Origin: a virus
Virus record (IMG/VR): IMGVR_UViG_3300030098_005498
Coordinates: 1-64,000 of that record
Strand: one strand, 5' to 3'
DNA length: 64,000 nt
The position numbers and the translations under genes are program-made. Shown one piece after another: positions 40,069 through 49,311 of this stretch. Under the pieces are notes generated by a model. It ran no database searches. It was not told the DNA's origin and worked only from the letters and a program-made list of their open reading frames with translations. Numbering within the stretch: the first letter of the stretch is position 1; the number at the start of each line of letters is the position of its first letter.

Positions 40069-40521
40069 CTATTCTCCATTGTAGTCTTCTTTAACTTTTC
40101 CTAGCAATTGACTAGACGATGTGGTTTTTTCGCCTCCAACATTGTAGCGTAGATATATTCCATTTTGCTTACAAAATTCTGCTTCTGGAGTATTATCTCC
40201 GGCCCTATCTCCTCCATTCATAAAATATATACCATTTACAAATGGATCATCACAATGCATATTGTAAATTTTTTGAATGGACTTTACAACAGTATGATCT
40301 TCATCTATAGAAAGTATAGCCATATGAACAGCTTCCAAGGCGTTTATAATTCTAAGCCTTGAAACCTCATCCATAAAGTTGGTAGAGCCTTTAAGTTTTA
40401 CCTGATTGTCATTATTTACAATAACGTAAAGCCATTCACACTTTTCTTTTGCACCCTGTATATAGTCCAAATGACCAGTGTGAATTGGATTAAAGTATCC
40501 TGAAACAATTCCTATTCTCAA
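40069..40521 (-). CDS. Cytidylyltransferase family protein (TagD/RfaE2-like)
   Basis: SGYFNPIHTGH, VNND, NGGDR, GGEK..SSS. Confidence 0.85.
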   Translation of the reverse strand: MRIGIVSGYFNPIHTGHLDYIQGAKEKCEWLYVIVNNDNQVKLKGSTNFMDEVSRLRIINALEAVHMAILSIDEDHTVVKSIQKIYNMHCDDPFVNGIYFMNGGDRAGDNTPEAEFCKQNGIYLRYNVGGEKTTSSSQLLGKVKEDYNGE

Positions 40522-41588
40522 AGCAGGTCTCCTAAATCCATGTCATCCAAATCGTTTTTACTAGCACCAATTTTATAACTAGTAATTTCATGTTCTTGTG
40601 GTGCGACTTGAACACTTTCACTTTGCATCCAGGCTTGTGTCCATCCGGCAATCGGATTCTTCCCTACATTGTCATAAGGTAAGCCAATAGCTTTGCGTCT
40701 TGACATACAAAGCCAATCAATATATTCATGAAGTACTGATTCATTTAAACCAATAATTGAACCATCTTTAAACAAGTAAGAGGCCCATTGTTTTTCTTCC
40801 CTGGCGGCACTTTCAAACATTTTTATTGCCGCACCCTGGCATTGTTCTGCTGTCTTTAGAAATCCTTCAGATTCTTCTGAGTTTAAAATCTTCAAAATTT
40901 CTTGAGTATTTGTTAAGTGTAAAGCCTCATCTCTTTTGATAAGTTTAATAATGTCAGCATTGCCAACCATTTTTTTATTTTCTGCAAAGGCAAAACTACA
41001 AATAAAACTAACATAAAATCTTACAGCTTCCAAGATATTAATACTGATAACAGTCATGTAGATCTGTTTTTTAATTTCGGAAGGTTTATTGGTTGCGGTA
41101 TGCATACCCATCAGATTATTATAGTCTTCAATTGCCGAATTGGCACGTTTCATAATTTCTTTGTCTTCATAGATACCGTCAAATACCTCGCGGCTATCAG
41201 CGTATACATTTTGTATAACATAGCTATAGCTCTGAGAGTGAATCTTTTCAAAAAACTGCCACGTCATCAAACACGCTTCTAGCTCCGAATTTGTGACATA
41301 TTCTAACAATGTAGGAACGCCTCGACAAATAACACTGTCAAGCATTGTTTGGTACTTTAGATTGGATGTAAATATAAACTTCTCATTATCAGACATTTCC
41401 TTAAAATCAGAACGATCTTTCTTAAGCTCGATTTCTTCGGGCCTCCAGAAGTTTCCCATCTGCGTGCTGTCCAGCTTTTTAAATACTGGATATTTTAAAA
41501 CATCATATCTTTGAACACCGAGGTCTTTTCCAAGAAACAATGGTTGAGACATAGGATCTACATTTTTAGTATTAAATATTGTCTTCAT
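40518..41588 (-). CDS. nrdB: Ribonucleotide reductase class Ia beta subunit
   Basis: FWRPEE, QTMLDS, EKIHSQSY, LEAVRFY.SF, RDEALH, VAPQE.EI.SY. Confidence 0.93.
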   Translation of the reverse strand: MKTIFNTKNVDPMSQPLFLGKDLGVQRYDVLKYPVFKKLDSTQMGNFWRPEEIELKKDRSDFKEMSDNEKFIFTSNLKYQTMLDSVICRGVPTLLEYVTNSELEACLMTWQFFEKIHSQSYSYVIQNVYADSREVFDGIYEDKEIMKRANSAIEDYNNLMGMHTATNKPSEIKKQIYMTVISINILEAVRFYVSFICSFAFAENKKMVGNADIIKLIKRDEALHLTNTQEILKILNSEESEGFLKTAEQCQGAAIKMFESAAREEKQWASYLFKDGSIIGLNESVLHEYIDWLCMSRRKAIGLPYDNVGKNPIAGWTQAWMQSESVQVAPQEHEITSYKIGASKNDLDDMDLGDLL

Positions 41589-41700
41589 TGCTCGCCTCTT
41601 TAATCTTATGCATCAGTTTAATAATTTCCTGCCGTTTCATTGTCTTTCTTTCCTTTGATAAACTTTTTTCAAGTTTTTTTATAAGTTCAATTACAGTCAT
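41572..41700 (-). CDS. Small basic helical protein (42 aa)
   Basis: AAGGA RBS before ATG 41700; overlaps the nrdB start. Confidence 0.45.
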   Translation of the reverse strand: MTVIELIKKLEKSLSKERKTMKRQEIIKLMHKIKEASNEDNI

Positions 41701-41803
41701 TTTTATCCTTACTATACTTACACTTAGGACATTCTTGAAATTCTTCACTTTCAAATTCGTCTGTAACCTTGTTGCATTTCGGGCAGTGCCACCAAATAGT
41801 CAT
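41687..41803 (-). CDS. 38-aa CxxC...CxxC (rubredoxin/zinc-ribbon-like) microprotein, not in ORF track
   Basis: MTIWWHCPKCNKVTDEFESEEFQECPKCKYSKDKNDCN; ATGA overlap with the nrdA stop. Confidence 0.6.
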   Translation of the reverse strand: MTIWWHCPKCNKVTDEFESEEFQECPKCKYSKDKNDCN

Positions 41804-44034
41804 ATTGCACAAGCCCCACTTTCACATCCAAGTTCTTTTTCGGTCTCACCATCTCCATCTGGAGTATTGGCATAATAAAAGTTTTTAAGTCCGTATTTGT
41901 AACCGTATATTTGATCTTTGATTAACGCACTTAGAGGAATATTGCCATCTTCATAATGTGCATAGTTGTAGTAAAGATTTGTACTCATCGACATATCTAC
42001 AAATTTTTGAATAACAGCTGCGATATTCATTAGGCTGTGATTTTCTGTCATTTGCCATGCTAGGGTGTAATGGTTCTTACGCATATGATAGTTGGGTACT
42101 AATTGTTTTAAAACTCCATTTTTAGCCTTCTTATGAGTCAGTAAACTTCTAACTGGCTCTATACCGTTAGTGCTATTTTGAATCACACTACTAGATTCAC
42201 AGGGCATAATGGCGGATAGGGTGGAGTGTCTCATGCCGTGCTTTTTAACACGTTCTCGCAAGCCTTCCCAATCCATTTTGTAATTTGGTTTGACTAGCTC
42301 GTCAACCGCTTTTTTATACCAGTCAATGGGCAATAAACCTTGAGCGTATTTAGTTTCTTCAAACTTCGGACACGCCCCCTTTTCCTTGGCCAGCTCACAA
42401 CTTGCATTAATTAAATTCCATTGAATTTGTTCCATTGTTCCATGAATTAATTCTAATGCAGCAACATCCTCATATTTAAGTTTATTCTTTGCTAAGAAAC
42501 CAGCCAAATTTGTAATACCGATACCCAAAGATCTTCTGTTTTTGGTAAAGGTTTCCCCAGCCAATACCGGATAATCTTGATAATCAATTACAGAATCCAG
42601 TGTTAGTACTGCCATTCTGCAGGCTTGCTCTATATCCTTTTCATTTGTTAACTCTAAAAGATTCAAAGCAGATAAAATACAGATACCAATTTCGCCTTCG
42701 GGATCGTCTATTGATTTGATCGGAATAGTGGGGTGAATAATCTCTTGGCAAAGATTAGACATGTAAACAGGAACATCCCAAGACCCGTTTTTATTTGCGG
42801 TGTCTATATTCATGGAATAGATACGTCCAGTTTCGAGTCTCTCACGAGCAAATATCTCAGCAAGCTTCCTGGCAGATATTTTTTTCTTAAATTTAAAAGA
42901 TCTCGCATTTTCATACTTTAAATACAATTCTTCAAACTTTTTATTATCTCCAAAAGCCTCGTACAAACCCCTTGCCTCGTCGGGGCTAAAAAGAGTGATG
43001 TCTTTATTGGCTATTAGACGGTCATAGAAAAGTTTACAAAACTGAATACTATAATCAAGTTTGCGGACTCTGTTGTCGTCTGTGCCAGCATTGTTTTTAA
43101 GCACCATAATATCTTCTATTTCATAATGCCAGAAAGGAATATGTACTGTTGCGGAACCTCCACGAAGTCCATTTTGACTAGTTGACTTTACGGCGGATTC
43201 AAAATTCTTTAGATAAGGAATTACACCAGTATGAATTACTTCACCACCCCTGATTGGAGAATTGATTGGTCTCATACGTCCAATATTCAGTCCAATACCA
43301 GCACGTCTTGCTGTGTATTTTCCAACAGCGTGGATACTAGAGAATATTCCATCAAGATTGTCATCGACATCAACCAATACACAAGATGCAAATTGACGGA
43401 TATTTGTTCTAACACCTGCCATAATTGGCGTTGGTAAATTTATTTTAAACGTTGAATAACAATCATAAGCTTTTTTGGCTTCTGAAACATTGTCAAATAA
43501 CGACATTGCAATACACATATAAGCAAATTGTGGCGTTTCATATATCGTGCCAGTACTTCTGTTCTTAACCAAGTACTTGTCAATCATCTGTTGTAATCCG
43601 GCGTATGTAAACAAATTATCTCTAGTATGGTCAATATATTTACCTAAAACGTCTATATCTAATTCTGACCATTTTTCTAAAATAGTCGGATCATAAATTC
43701 CTTTATCTACATTCCTACGTAAAAAAATAAGAAAGTCAACAGGTTTGTGATGTCTGCTGCAATTCCATACATCTTTTCTTAACTGCATATTAAGCAATCT
43801 AGCTGCTACGTATTGATAATTCGGATTGGATTCAGAGATTAAATCATTAGCAGATCGAATTAAGATTTGTTGTATTTCTTTTGTTGGAATACCATCATAA
43901 ATAGATAGGTTTGCATTCATTTCTACGTCTGATAGAGATACTCCGTTTATTCCATCGGTGGCCCATTCAACTATTTTATGTATTTTTTCAACGGAGAAAT
44001 CTTCCTTTTCTCCAGTGGCTTTTGTGACTTGCAT
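41800..44034 (-). CDS. nrdA: Ribonucleotide reductase class Ia alpha subunit with ATP cone
   Basis: ATP cone, PTPIMAG, QFASC, SNLCQEI, C-terminal CESGACAI. Confidence 0.95.
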   Translation of the reverse strand: MQVTKATGEKEDFSVEKIHKIVEWATDGINGVSLSDVEMNANLSIYDGIPTKEIQQILIRSANDLISESNPNYQYVAARLLNMQLRKDVWNCSRHHKPVDFLIFLRRNVDKGIYDPTILEKWSELDIDVLGKYIDHTRDNLFTYAGLQQMIDKYLVKNRSTGTIYETPQFAYMCIAMSLFDNVSEAKKAYDCYSTFKINLPTPIMAGVRTNIRQFASCVLVDVDDNLDGIFSSIHAVGKYTARRAGIGLNIGRMRPINSPIRGGEVIHTGVIPYLKNFESAVKSTSQNGLRGGSATVHIPFWHYEIEDIMVLKNNAGTDDNRVRKLDYSIQFCKLFYDRLIANKDITLFSPDEARGLYEAFGDNKKFEELYLKYENARSFKFKKKISARKLAEIFARERLETGRIYSMNIDTANKNGSWDVPVYMSNLCQEIIHPTIPIKSIDDPEGEIGICILSALNLLELTNEKDIEQACRMAVLTLDSVIDYQDYPVLAGETFTKNRRSLGIGITNLAGFLAKNKLKYEDVAALELIHGTMEQIQWNLINASCELAKEKGACPKFEETKYAQGLLPIDWYKKAVDELVKPNYKMDWEGLRERVKKHGMRHSTLSAIMPCESSSVIQNSTNGIEPVRSLLTHKKAKNGVLKQLVPNYHMRKNHYTLAWQMTENHSLMNIAAVIQKFVDMSMSTNLYYNYAHYEDGNIPLSALIKDQIYGYKYGLKNFYYANTPDGDGETEKELGCESGACAI

Positions 44035-44077
44035 TAATAACATACCTTTCTGATTCAATGTTTTATCTATGTAGATT

Positions 44078-44106
44078 ATTATACACTATCTAGATAGAAA
44101 AATCAA
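44078..44106 (-). promoter_or_regulatory. Sigma70-like promoter for nrdAB
   Basis: TTGATT-17 bp-TATAAT. Confidence 0.6.
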
Positions 44107-44134
44107 TATGAAAATTCAATATTAGAGATAATTT

Positions 44135-44393
44135 TCAATATTTGAAACGTAATATTGTTTGTCTCCAAAGAGGGGTTAATTCCTCTTGGAATTCTATAGC
44201 TTTTGACACGGCTTTATTTCCATGAAAAACTTTATCTTTTGGTTTCCATGCCCGTTGTAACTTATATACAAGATTTTCAGTATAGCAATATCTGTTCAAT
44301 TTGCTCTAAAGAAGAATTTTCTTTTATACTTTCAATAACTTCTAATTTTCTGTTATGATCCTCAAACTCAAAATATTCTGTGAGAAGTATCAT
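44135..44393 (-). pseudogene. Probable frameshifted/deleted remnant of a GT-like gene
   Basis: 38-aa ORF 44277-44393 (MILLTEYFEFEDHNRKLEVIESIKEN...) resembles the N-terminus of 26116..26973; a second frame continues (...KVFHGNK...) to TGA at 44135. Confidence 0.35.
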
Positions 44394-44407
44394 CCTTTTT
44401 CTTTCCT

Positions 44408-44437
44408 AAAAATAAAAAAGGGGGAACATGTCCCCCT
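44408..44437 (-). terminator. Rho-independent terminator
   Basis: GGGGGA-5 nt-TCCCCC followed by a T-tract on the minus strand. Confidence 0.65.
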
Positions 44438-44454
44438 AAATCTAATGTATAATC

Positions 44455-44790
44455 TTATTTATGGTGAGCGTCTATCTTAGAAATTACGGTATCAAATTTG
44501 TTATTAATTTCCGCAGAGATCTTTTCGTAGGCGTTCTTGTTTTCTGATGTTATCATTCGACATTCAACAACGTTTTCAGCGATTTCGTCTATCTTCTCTT
44601 CTACATTTCCAATACGCTTTTCTACACGTTGCAGCCGTTGATTTAAAGACTCGTTTACTTTTTGTTCTAACACGATAATCTGCTTTCCTTGTTGAACTAA
44701 AGTGTATATAACCCAAGAAAATACAGGTATAGCAAATACGCTAATCATTTCAATTAAGTTGCGAATTAGTTCCCATGTTTCGGGGGTCAT
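44455..44790 (-). CDS. Single-TM coiled-coil protein (holin/XhlA-like architecture)
   Basis: N-terminal hydrophobic helix followed by heptad-rich coiled coil. Confidence 0.55.
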   Translation of the reverse strand: MTPETWELIRNLIEMISVFAIPVFSWVIYTLVQQGKQIIVLEQKVNESLNQRLQRVEKRIGNVEEKIDEIAENVVECRMITSENKNAYEKISAEINNKFDTVISKIDAHHK

Positions 44791-44826
44791 GATGGAGGCT
44801 CCGGTGATGTATGTTTAATCAAAAAA

Positions 44827-44888
44827 GAAAGGGGCTTATGAAATACTTAAGATTATACTTCATAAGGAAAGTGTCATAAACCCCTTTC
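44827..44888 (-). terminator. Long structured hairpin/terminator
   Basis: GAAAGGGGTTTATGA...TCATAAGCCCCTTTC followed by a T-tract; internal alternative pairing. Confidence 0.55.
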
Positions 44889-44900
44889 AAAAATCAAGGT

Positions 44901-45608
44901 TTACATACCAGTAATTGGTTTGTAATCAAAGAAGTCGCCACCACTAGAAACTGAAGTGGTAACAAAGTCTACCTTCATAACCAATTCACCAGGAATAGCA
45001 CGAGTCGGATTGGCAGCACTGTCGGATTGAGATGCGGTTGATCCGGCAACAGGATCAAACATATCAAGATCAGTAGCTGTTGACGGTGCTTCTGGGGCAG
45101 TCCCTCCAGAATTCAACCAATTAAGCCGTGACTTAATGGAAGTACCATTATCAAGATTTCCATTCCAAGAGAATGAGTTACCTCTCCATTTAGCAAGCAA
45201 CCTAGCACCGAAGTCGTGCTTGAATTGAAGAATTGAGTTGCCTTGATTACTAGAGTTAGCTCCAGGAATCAATAAGTTGGTTTTTGCAACACCAGAAAGA
45301 GTGGTGGTTTGTGTCATAATAACATAACTTCCAGCTGCCTGGAAAGCAAAAGTACCACCAGAAAGTACTTTCTGAGTGCCGTATAAACCGCCGGTATTTG
45401 TAGGATAAGAACCGTAACCTGGGTAATCACGTTCTACCGGACCGGGTACTTTTTTAGTGTCATCGGTAGCGTCCTTCAAGGGGAAAGATTTTGTGATAAC
45501 CGTTCCAGTAGTTGAATTACCAAGAATTGTTCCGCCTTGGGTAGTTGCTGAATAAGCACCGCCTGTAGTGTTTACAAGGTAGCTTGCAGAGCCATTTGGT
45601 ACTGCCAT
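44901..45608 (-). CDS. Putative virion structural protein
   Basis: G/S/T/A-rich; own candidate promoter motif and terminator; AGGAG RBS. Confidence 0.55.
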   Translation of the reverse strand: MAVPNGSASYLVNTTGGAYSATTQGGTILGNSTTGTVITKSFPLKDATDDTKKVPGPVERDYPGYGSYPTNTGGLYGTQKVLSGGTFAFQAAGSYVIMTQTTTLSGVAKTNLLIPGANSSNQGNSILQFKHDFGARLLAKWRGNSFSWNGNLDNGTSIKSRLNWLNSGGTAPEAPSTATDLDMFDPVAGSTASQSDSAANPTRAIPGELVMKVDFVTTSVSSGGDFFDYKPITGM

Positions 45609-45689
45609 AATAAAATCTCCTTTTGAATAAGTATAAAACAAAACTACGATGATTCCAATTTATCCAAAAGAAGATCCGATTCCTATGAC

Positions 45690-45699
45690 TTTATACACA
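45690..45699 (-). promoter_or_regulatory. Candidate phage late-promoter motif TGTGTATAAA
   Basis: Repeated 10-mer, just downstream of the sigma-factor gene. Confidence 0.5.
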
Positions 45700-45704
45700 A
45701 AATT

Positions 45705-46184
45705 TTAAAATTCACATATCATTTTACATGTTTTTATGGCATTTTTTAGTTTGCGTCTAGCAGTTTCCCTTGAATAGCCATTTCTACGTCCAATCTCTTT
45801 CATGGTCATGTTTTCGTAAAATCTTTGTTCTAAGATATTTGCGGTTTCTGGCTCAAGTCCATTGATAATGTCAATAACTTCTAACTTATTTATATAATTG
45901 CTATCCATTTTATCAAAATCATCAACATTGAACTCTACTCTTTTTTTCTTTATTTTATTTTTAAAAGCGTATGAAAGTTGTTGGTATAAATAAGACGTGA
46001 ATTTAGTTCCACGAGTTTCGTCATATTTCTCAATACATCTCCATAAAGTATTCATTTGAATGGATTCAATATCATCAAAATCAATATTGTTTTTATACCT
46101 GTTAGAAACTTTATTCATAATATTTCTAACGTTGCTATCATTCCATTTCTCATCAAATTTTTGATTTACACTATCCATCATCAC
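45705..46184 (-). CDS. Phage RNA polymerase sigma factor (regions 2 and 4)
   Basis: DDIESI...LWRCIEKYDETRGTKFTSY; RFYENMTMKEIG...YSRETAR HTH. Confidence 0.85.
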   Translation of the reverse strand: MMMDSVNQKFDEKWNDSNVRNIMNKVSNRYKNNIDFDDIESIQMNTLWRCIEKYDETRGTKFTSYLYQQLSYAFKNKIKKKRVEFNVDDFDKMDSNYINKLEVIDIINGLEPETANILEQRFYENMTMKEIGRRNGYSRETARRKLKNAIKTCKMICEF

Positions 46185-46818
46185 CCCTTAAAATAATTCC
46201 ACCAATTGATTGTTTTAATTCAACTAATTTATTCAAACCTTCTAGATACTTATGATCTAATTTATCAGAAACAATATAATCTACTTTGCCCGTTGAAGCA
46301 ACTAAAATAGACCAATACTTGTTGTGTTTTAATTGCTCTTTTACAAGTTCTACCGTTGCTTGAGTTTCTTCTGTCATGACCTCCGTTTCTGTATAAGTGC
46401 AAATTTTATTTTCAATATCTATCCTAACATCCTTGAAATCAAAAGTAACGGGAATCCCTATACAGAAGGTGTATCGACCCATAACCTTTAAGGCTTCAAT
46501 ACCTTCTATATCATTTGCTAAAATATCTTTTATATCGTTGGTGATACTAAAATTAGTAACTCCTATTCTGCAATCCCACATATCAGATGGCTTAAACATA
46601 GACTCCATGGGAAACATGCCAAATGGTGTATGTAGCATGTTCATTTTTTCCATGCCTCCCATAAACAAACCAAGAGGAGCCGATGTTATTTCTGTTTGAT
46701 CAATATTATTCAGCTCTTCTTCCATTTTGTCTAATTCGTCATGATATGCTTCAATATAATCTTCTGCCAAAGCATTCCAGCTAGTCCAGATGATTCTTTT
46801 ATGTGATTTAATTGACAT
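46171..46818 (-). CDS. Hypothetical protein
   Basis: 215-aa operonic ORF with RBS. Confidence 0.6.
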   Translation of the reverse strand: MSIKSHKRIIWTSWNALAEDYIEAYHDELDKMEEELNNIDQTEITSAPLGLFMGGMEKMNMLHTPFGMFPMESMFKPSDMWDCRIGVTNFSITNDIKDILANDIEGIEALKVMGRYTFCIGIPVTFDFKDVRIDIENKICTYTETEVMTEETQATVELVKEQLKHNKYWSILVASTGKVDYIVSDKLDHKYLEGLNKLVELKQSIGGIILRGDDG

Positions 46819-46832
46819 TTCAAAATCTCCTG

Positions 46833-47174
46833 TTAAATATTGAAAACTTGATCAGGAGGGACTACTACATCATTGCCATTTTCGGTCTTGGTATTCTTTT
46901 GAGCTTGGCTATTTATTAAATTAACAACAGTCACATAGTCGGCCTCGTTACTATTTATTACGCATTCATTTTTGATTTCTTTAAAAATCTCTTCTCCAAA
47001 ATTTTCTATTAGTAACTTGTAGAATATTGAAGCCAATCCTATTAAACCTTCTTCACCAGAAATCCAATTACAATTATATTCTACTATACCATCAGTGTCA
47101 GATTGTATAATCAATTCACAGCTGACAGTTTTATTGTCCGATGGTTCTTGGGGTCGAGGTGATTGATTTTGCAT
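46833..47174 (-). CDS. Hypothetical protein
   Basis: Operonic ORF. Confidence 0.55.
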   Translation of the reverse strand: MQNQSPRPQEPSDNKTVSCELIIQSDTDGIVEYNCNWISGEEGLIGLASIFYKLLIENFGEEIFKEIKNECVINSNEADYVTVVNLINSQAQKNTKTENGNDVVVPPDQVFNI

Positions 47175-47502
47175 ATATTTCCTTTATTTTTAAATCATCT
47201 AGAGACATTATTTTATAATTTGGTTTGCAGACTAAAGTTCCAGTTTCTAGAACTGTTACGTATATAGCTTCTACTGTACCCTTTTCTTCATGAACTAAAT
47301 CTGTTAATTGAGGGTTTAACCAAGCGTAGTTGATATTAATGCAAGATGAACATAAATCAATTAATGTCTCGTCAATATTTTTTGTGGAAACGTATTTATT
47401 TGGAAATTGATTATTTTTGTTTACCACCAATCTAGCTTTAGGAAACGCTGCTCGATTGTATGGAGGAACTTCCAATATTATAAGAGTAAGTTTTGTTTTC
47501 AT
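47131..47502 (-). CDS. Hypothetical protein
   Basis: Operonic ORF. Confidence 0.55.
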   Translation of the reverse strand: MKTKLTLIILEVPPYNRAAFPKARLVVNKNNQFPNKYVSTKNIDETLIDLCSSCININYAWLNPQLTDLVHEEKGTVEAIYVTVLETGTLVCKPNYKIMSLDDLKIKEIYAKSITSTPRTIGQ

Positions 47503-47753
47503 TATTTTTTCTTTTTAGTTGCGTTTTGCTTTTCAGCCTCCTGTCTTTGAAATTTTTGACTCGCCAACATTTGACCTCTTAAATCTTGTAAAACATCGAC
47601 TTGATTTTTCAAAATTGTATATTTTTCTACAGCAGACTCCAGTCTGTCAAGTGACCCCTTTTCAGTGGGTCTTAAAATAGATGCATTCATTTGAAACATA
47701 CATTCAGACATGTTAGCTTCATACCTAGCAATCAACACTTGCAAAATGTCCAT
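47502..47753 (-). CDS. Hypothetical coiled-coil protein
   Basis: Operonic ORF with AAGGA RBS. Confidence 0.55.
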   Translation of the reverse strand: MDILQVLIARYEANMSECMFQMNASILRPTEKGSLDRLESAVEKYTILKNQVDVLQDLRGQMLASQKFQRQEAEKQNATKKKK

Positions 47754-47770
47754 TCTACATCTTTCCTTCG

Positions 47771-48220
47771 TTAAAGTGATAGAGAATAAGCTAAAGCGTT
47801 AAAATTTTTAGATACTTCAACTTTTTCAATTTCGTTTAATCTATGATTGTCTGTTCCTACTGTTGACTTAAATATAGAAACTATACCATCTCCATATCCA
47901 TCATATTTATCTTTGAGTGATCCATCAAATACGTTTTCTGTTGCTTTGATGTATACATCTCCCATTTGTTGAGCATCGCAATCGTAAGATGTTATCCTCT
48001 TGGAAAAAACATCGTTGAATATGGCTAGTCTAGTCCTATCGTCTAATTCGGTTACTTTGTCAGCAACTGGTTTTACCAATTGCTCAGTTTTATCGGTCAT
48101 TGGAGATGTTAGCTCAATATCCACTTTTGGACTTACAGGTTGTGCCAACACCTCTAAAATTTGATTTCCAAATAAACCTATAACTATAAAGGCTAGACCT
48201 AGCCAGATTCTATTACTCAT
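47771..48220 (-). CDS. Membrane-anchored hypothetical protein
   Basis: N-terminal TM helix (IWLGLAFIVIGLFG). Confidence 0.6.
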   Translation of the reverse strand: MSNRIWLGLAFIVIGLFGNQILEVLAQPVSPKVDIELTSPMTDKTEQLVKPVADKVTELDDRTRLAIFNDVFSKRITSYDCDAQQMGDVYIKATENVFDGSLKDKYDGYGDGIVSIFKSTVGTDNHRLNEIEKVEVSKNFNALAYSLSL

Positions 48221-48539
48221 TTGATTTCTCCGGTTCTGAGTCGTCATCACTTAAGTCGTCATGGTCGTGATGCTTTACACCAATCAATAAAGGAAATACC
48301 TCATCTAATTTTTCACAAGCCTCGTAAAGTCCAGCCTTGTGAGTTGCATCAGAAAGACACTCCCACTTACAGACTAAATCTGTAAGATCCCTATCTACAG
48401 GAGTATTATCCTTTTCTCTTTCTTTCCAAAATCTGGCGATCCACTCCCTGCCATTGGTGACAACGGGGCCACCTAGAATAAAAACACCAATTGCAATAAG
48501 CATCCACTGAATAGGATTAATATCCGATAGAAAGTCCAT
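48213..48539 (-). CDS. Membrane-anchored hypothetical protein
   Basis: N-terminal TM helix; GAGGA RBS. Confidence 0.6.
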   Translation of the reverse strand: MDFLSDINPIQWMLIAIGVFILGGPVVTNGREWIARFWKEREKDNTPVDRDLTDLVCKWECLSDATHKAGLYEACEKLDEVFPLLIGVKHHDHDDLSDDDSEPEKSNE

Positions 48540-48561
48540 AATAGTTCCTCAATGTGTTTGA

Positions 48562-48738
48562 TTATTTAGTTTCTCTAACAGTGTCACCAATAACCCAAGC
48601 TACAACAATTGTAATAATACCAATTAGCTGTTCTTGATTAAGTTCAATACCAAACGCTTCAGAAGTTACAATAGAAGCCAAAGCAACTGCCGAAACCCAG
48701 AAACGTCTAGATGTCAAAAGCGATTTCAGTTTACTCAT
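48562..48738 (-). CDS. Small two-TM holin-like protein
   Basis: SRRFWVSAV...two hydrophobic helices...IGDTVR. Confidence 0.55.
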   Translation of the reverse strand: MSKLKSLLTSRRFWVSAVALASIVTSEAFGIELNQEQLIGIITIVVAWVIGDTVRETK

Positions 48739-48762
48739 AATAATTTCTCCCATATTTAAAAA

Positions 48763-49299
48763 TTAACGACGATGGCCAAAAATGCGGCCAAATACACCTC
48801 TTCTTTTTCGAACTGTTCTGCTTACCCCTGTTACGGCCTTCTCTCCAGAACCTGAAGATTTAACAGTCCCTGATCATGAGCCGCCTGTCCCGCCTTGAAT
48901 TTCTTTAACTTCTTCTGGATTAATTTTTATCTCTGATGGAGGATAAATCAGTTTATTTTCATTAATATCATACGTAGGGAGTTCTTGTGGATCTCCCGTA
49001 TGATAAGGACAAGGTGAAACATGTCCGTCCCCCTGTACGATTTTTCCAGTACCTTTGCAAATACATTTTTCAGGATCTGGATCTGGGCCAACTGGTTGTG
49101 GGGTTGGCCGGGGTGTAACACCTAAAACTTCTTTTTCCGCCTTATGAAAACCAGCTTCTGTGTCTTTAATTATAATATCTATATCGTCATTTGTCAACCC
49201 GTAGTTTACAGGAATTTTTTCAAATCCTGTGAAATAAGCGTATCCAAAAATAACAATAATACCTATAATAATTTTTTCTCGTGTAGTTAATTTTTGCAT
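48763..49299 (-). CDS. Membrane-anchored Cys-motif protein; in-frame TGA at 48874-48876 followed by 36 more sense codons
   Basis: N-terminal TM, CICKGTG..GDGH..PCPYH; reading through TGA gives SGTVKSSGSGEKAVTGVSRTVRKRRGVFGRIFGHRR-TAA. Confidence 0.6.
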
Positions 49300-49311
49300 A
49301 ACATACCTCGC

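Noticed and set aside
29787-44034. Inteins or introns in dnaB, recA, nrdA or nrdB
   Set aside because: All have normal lengths and continuous motifs.
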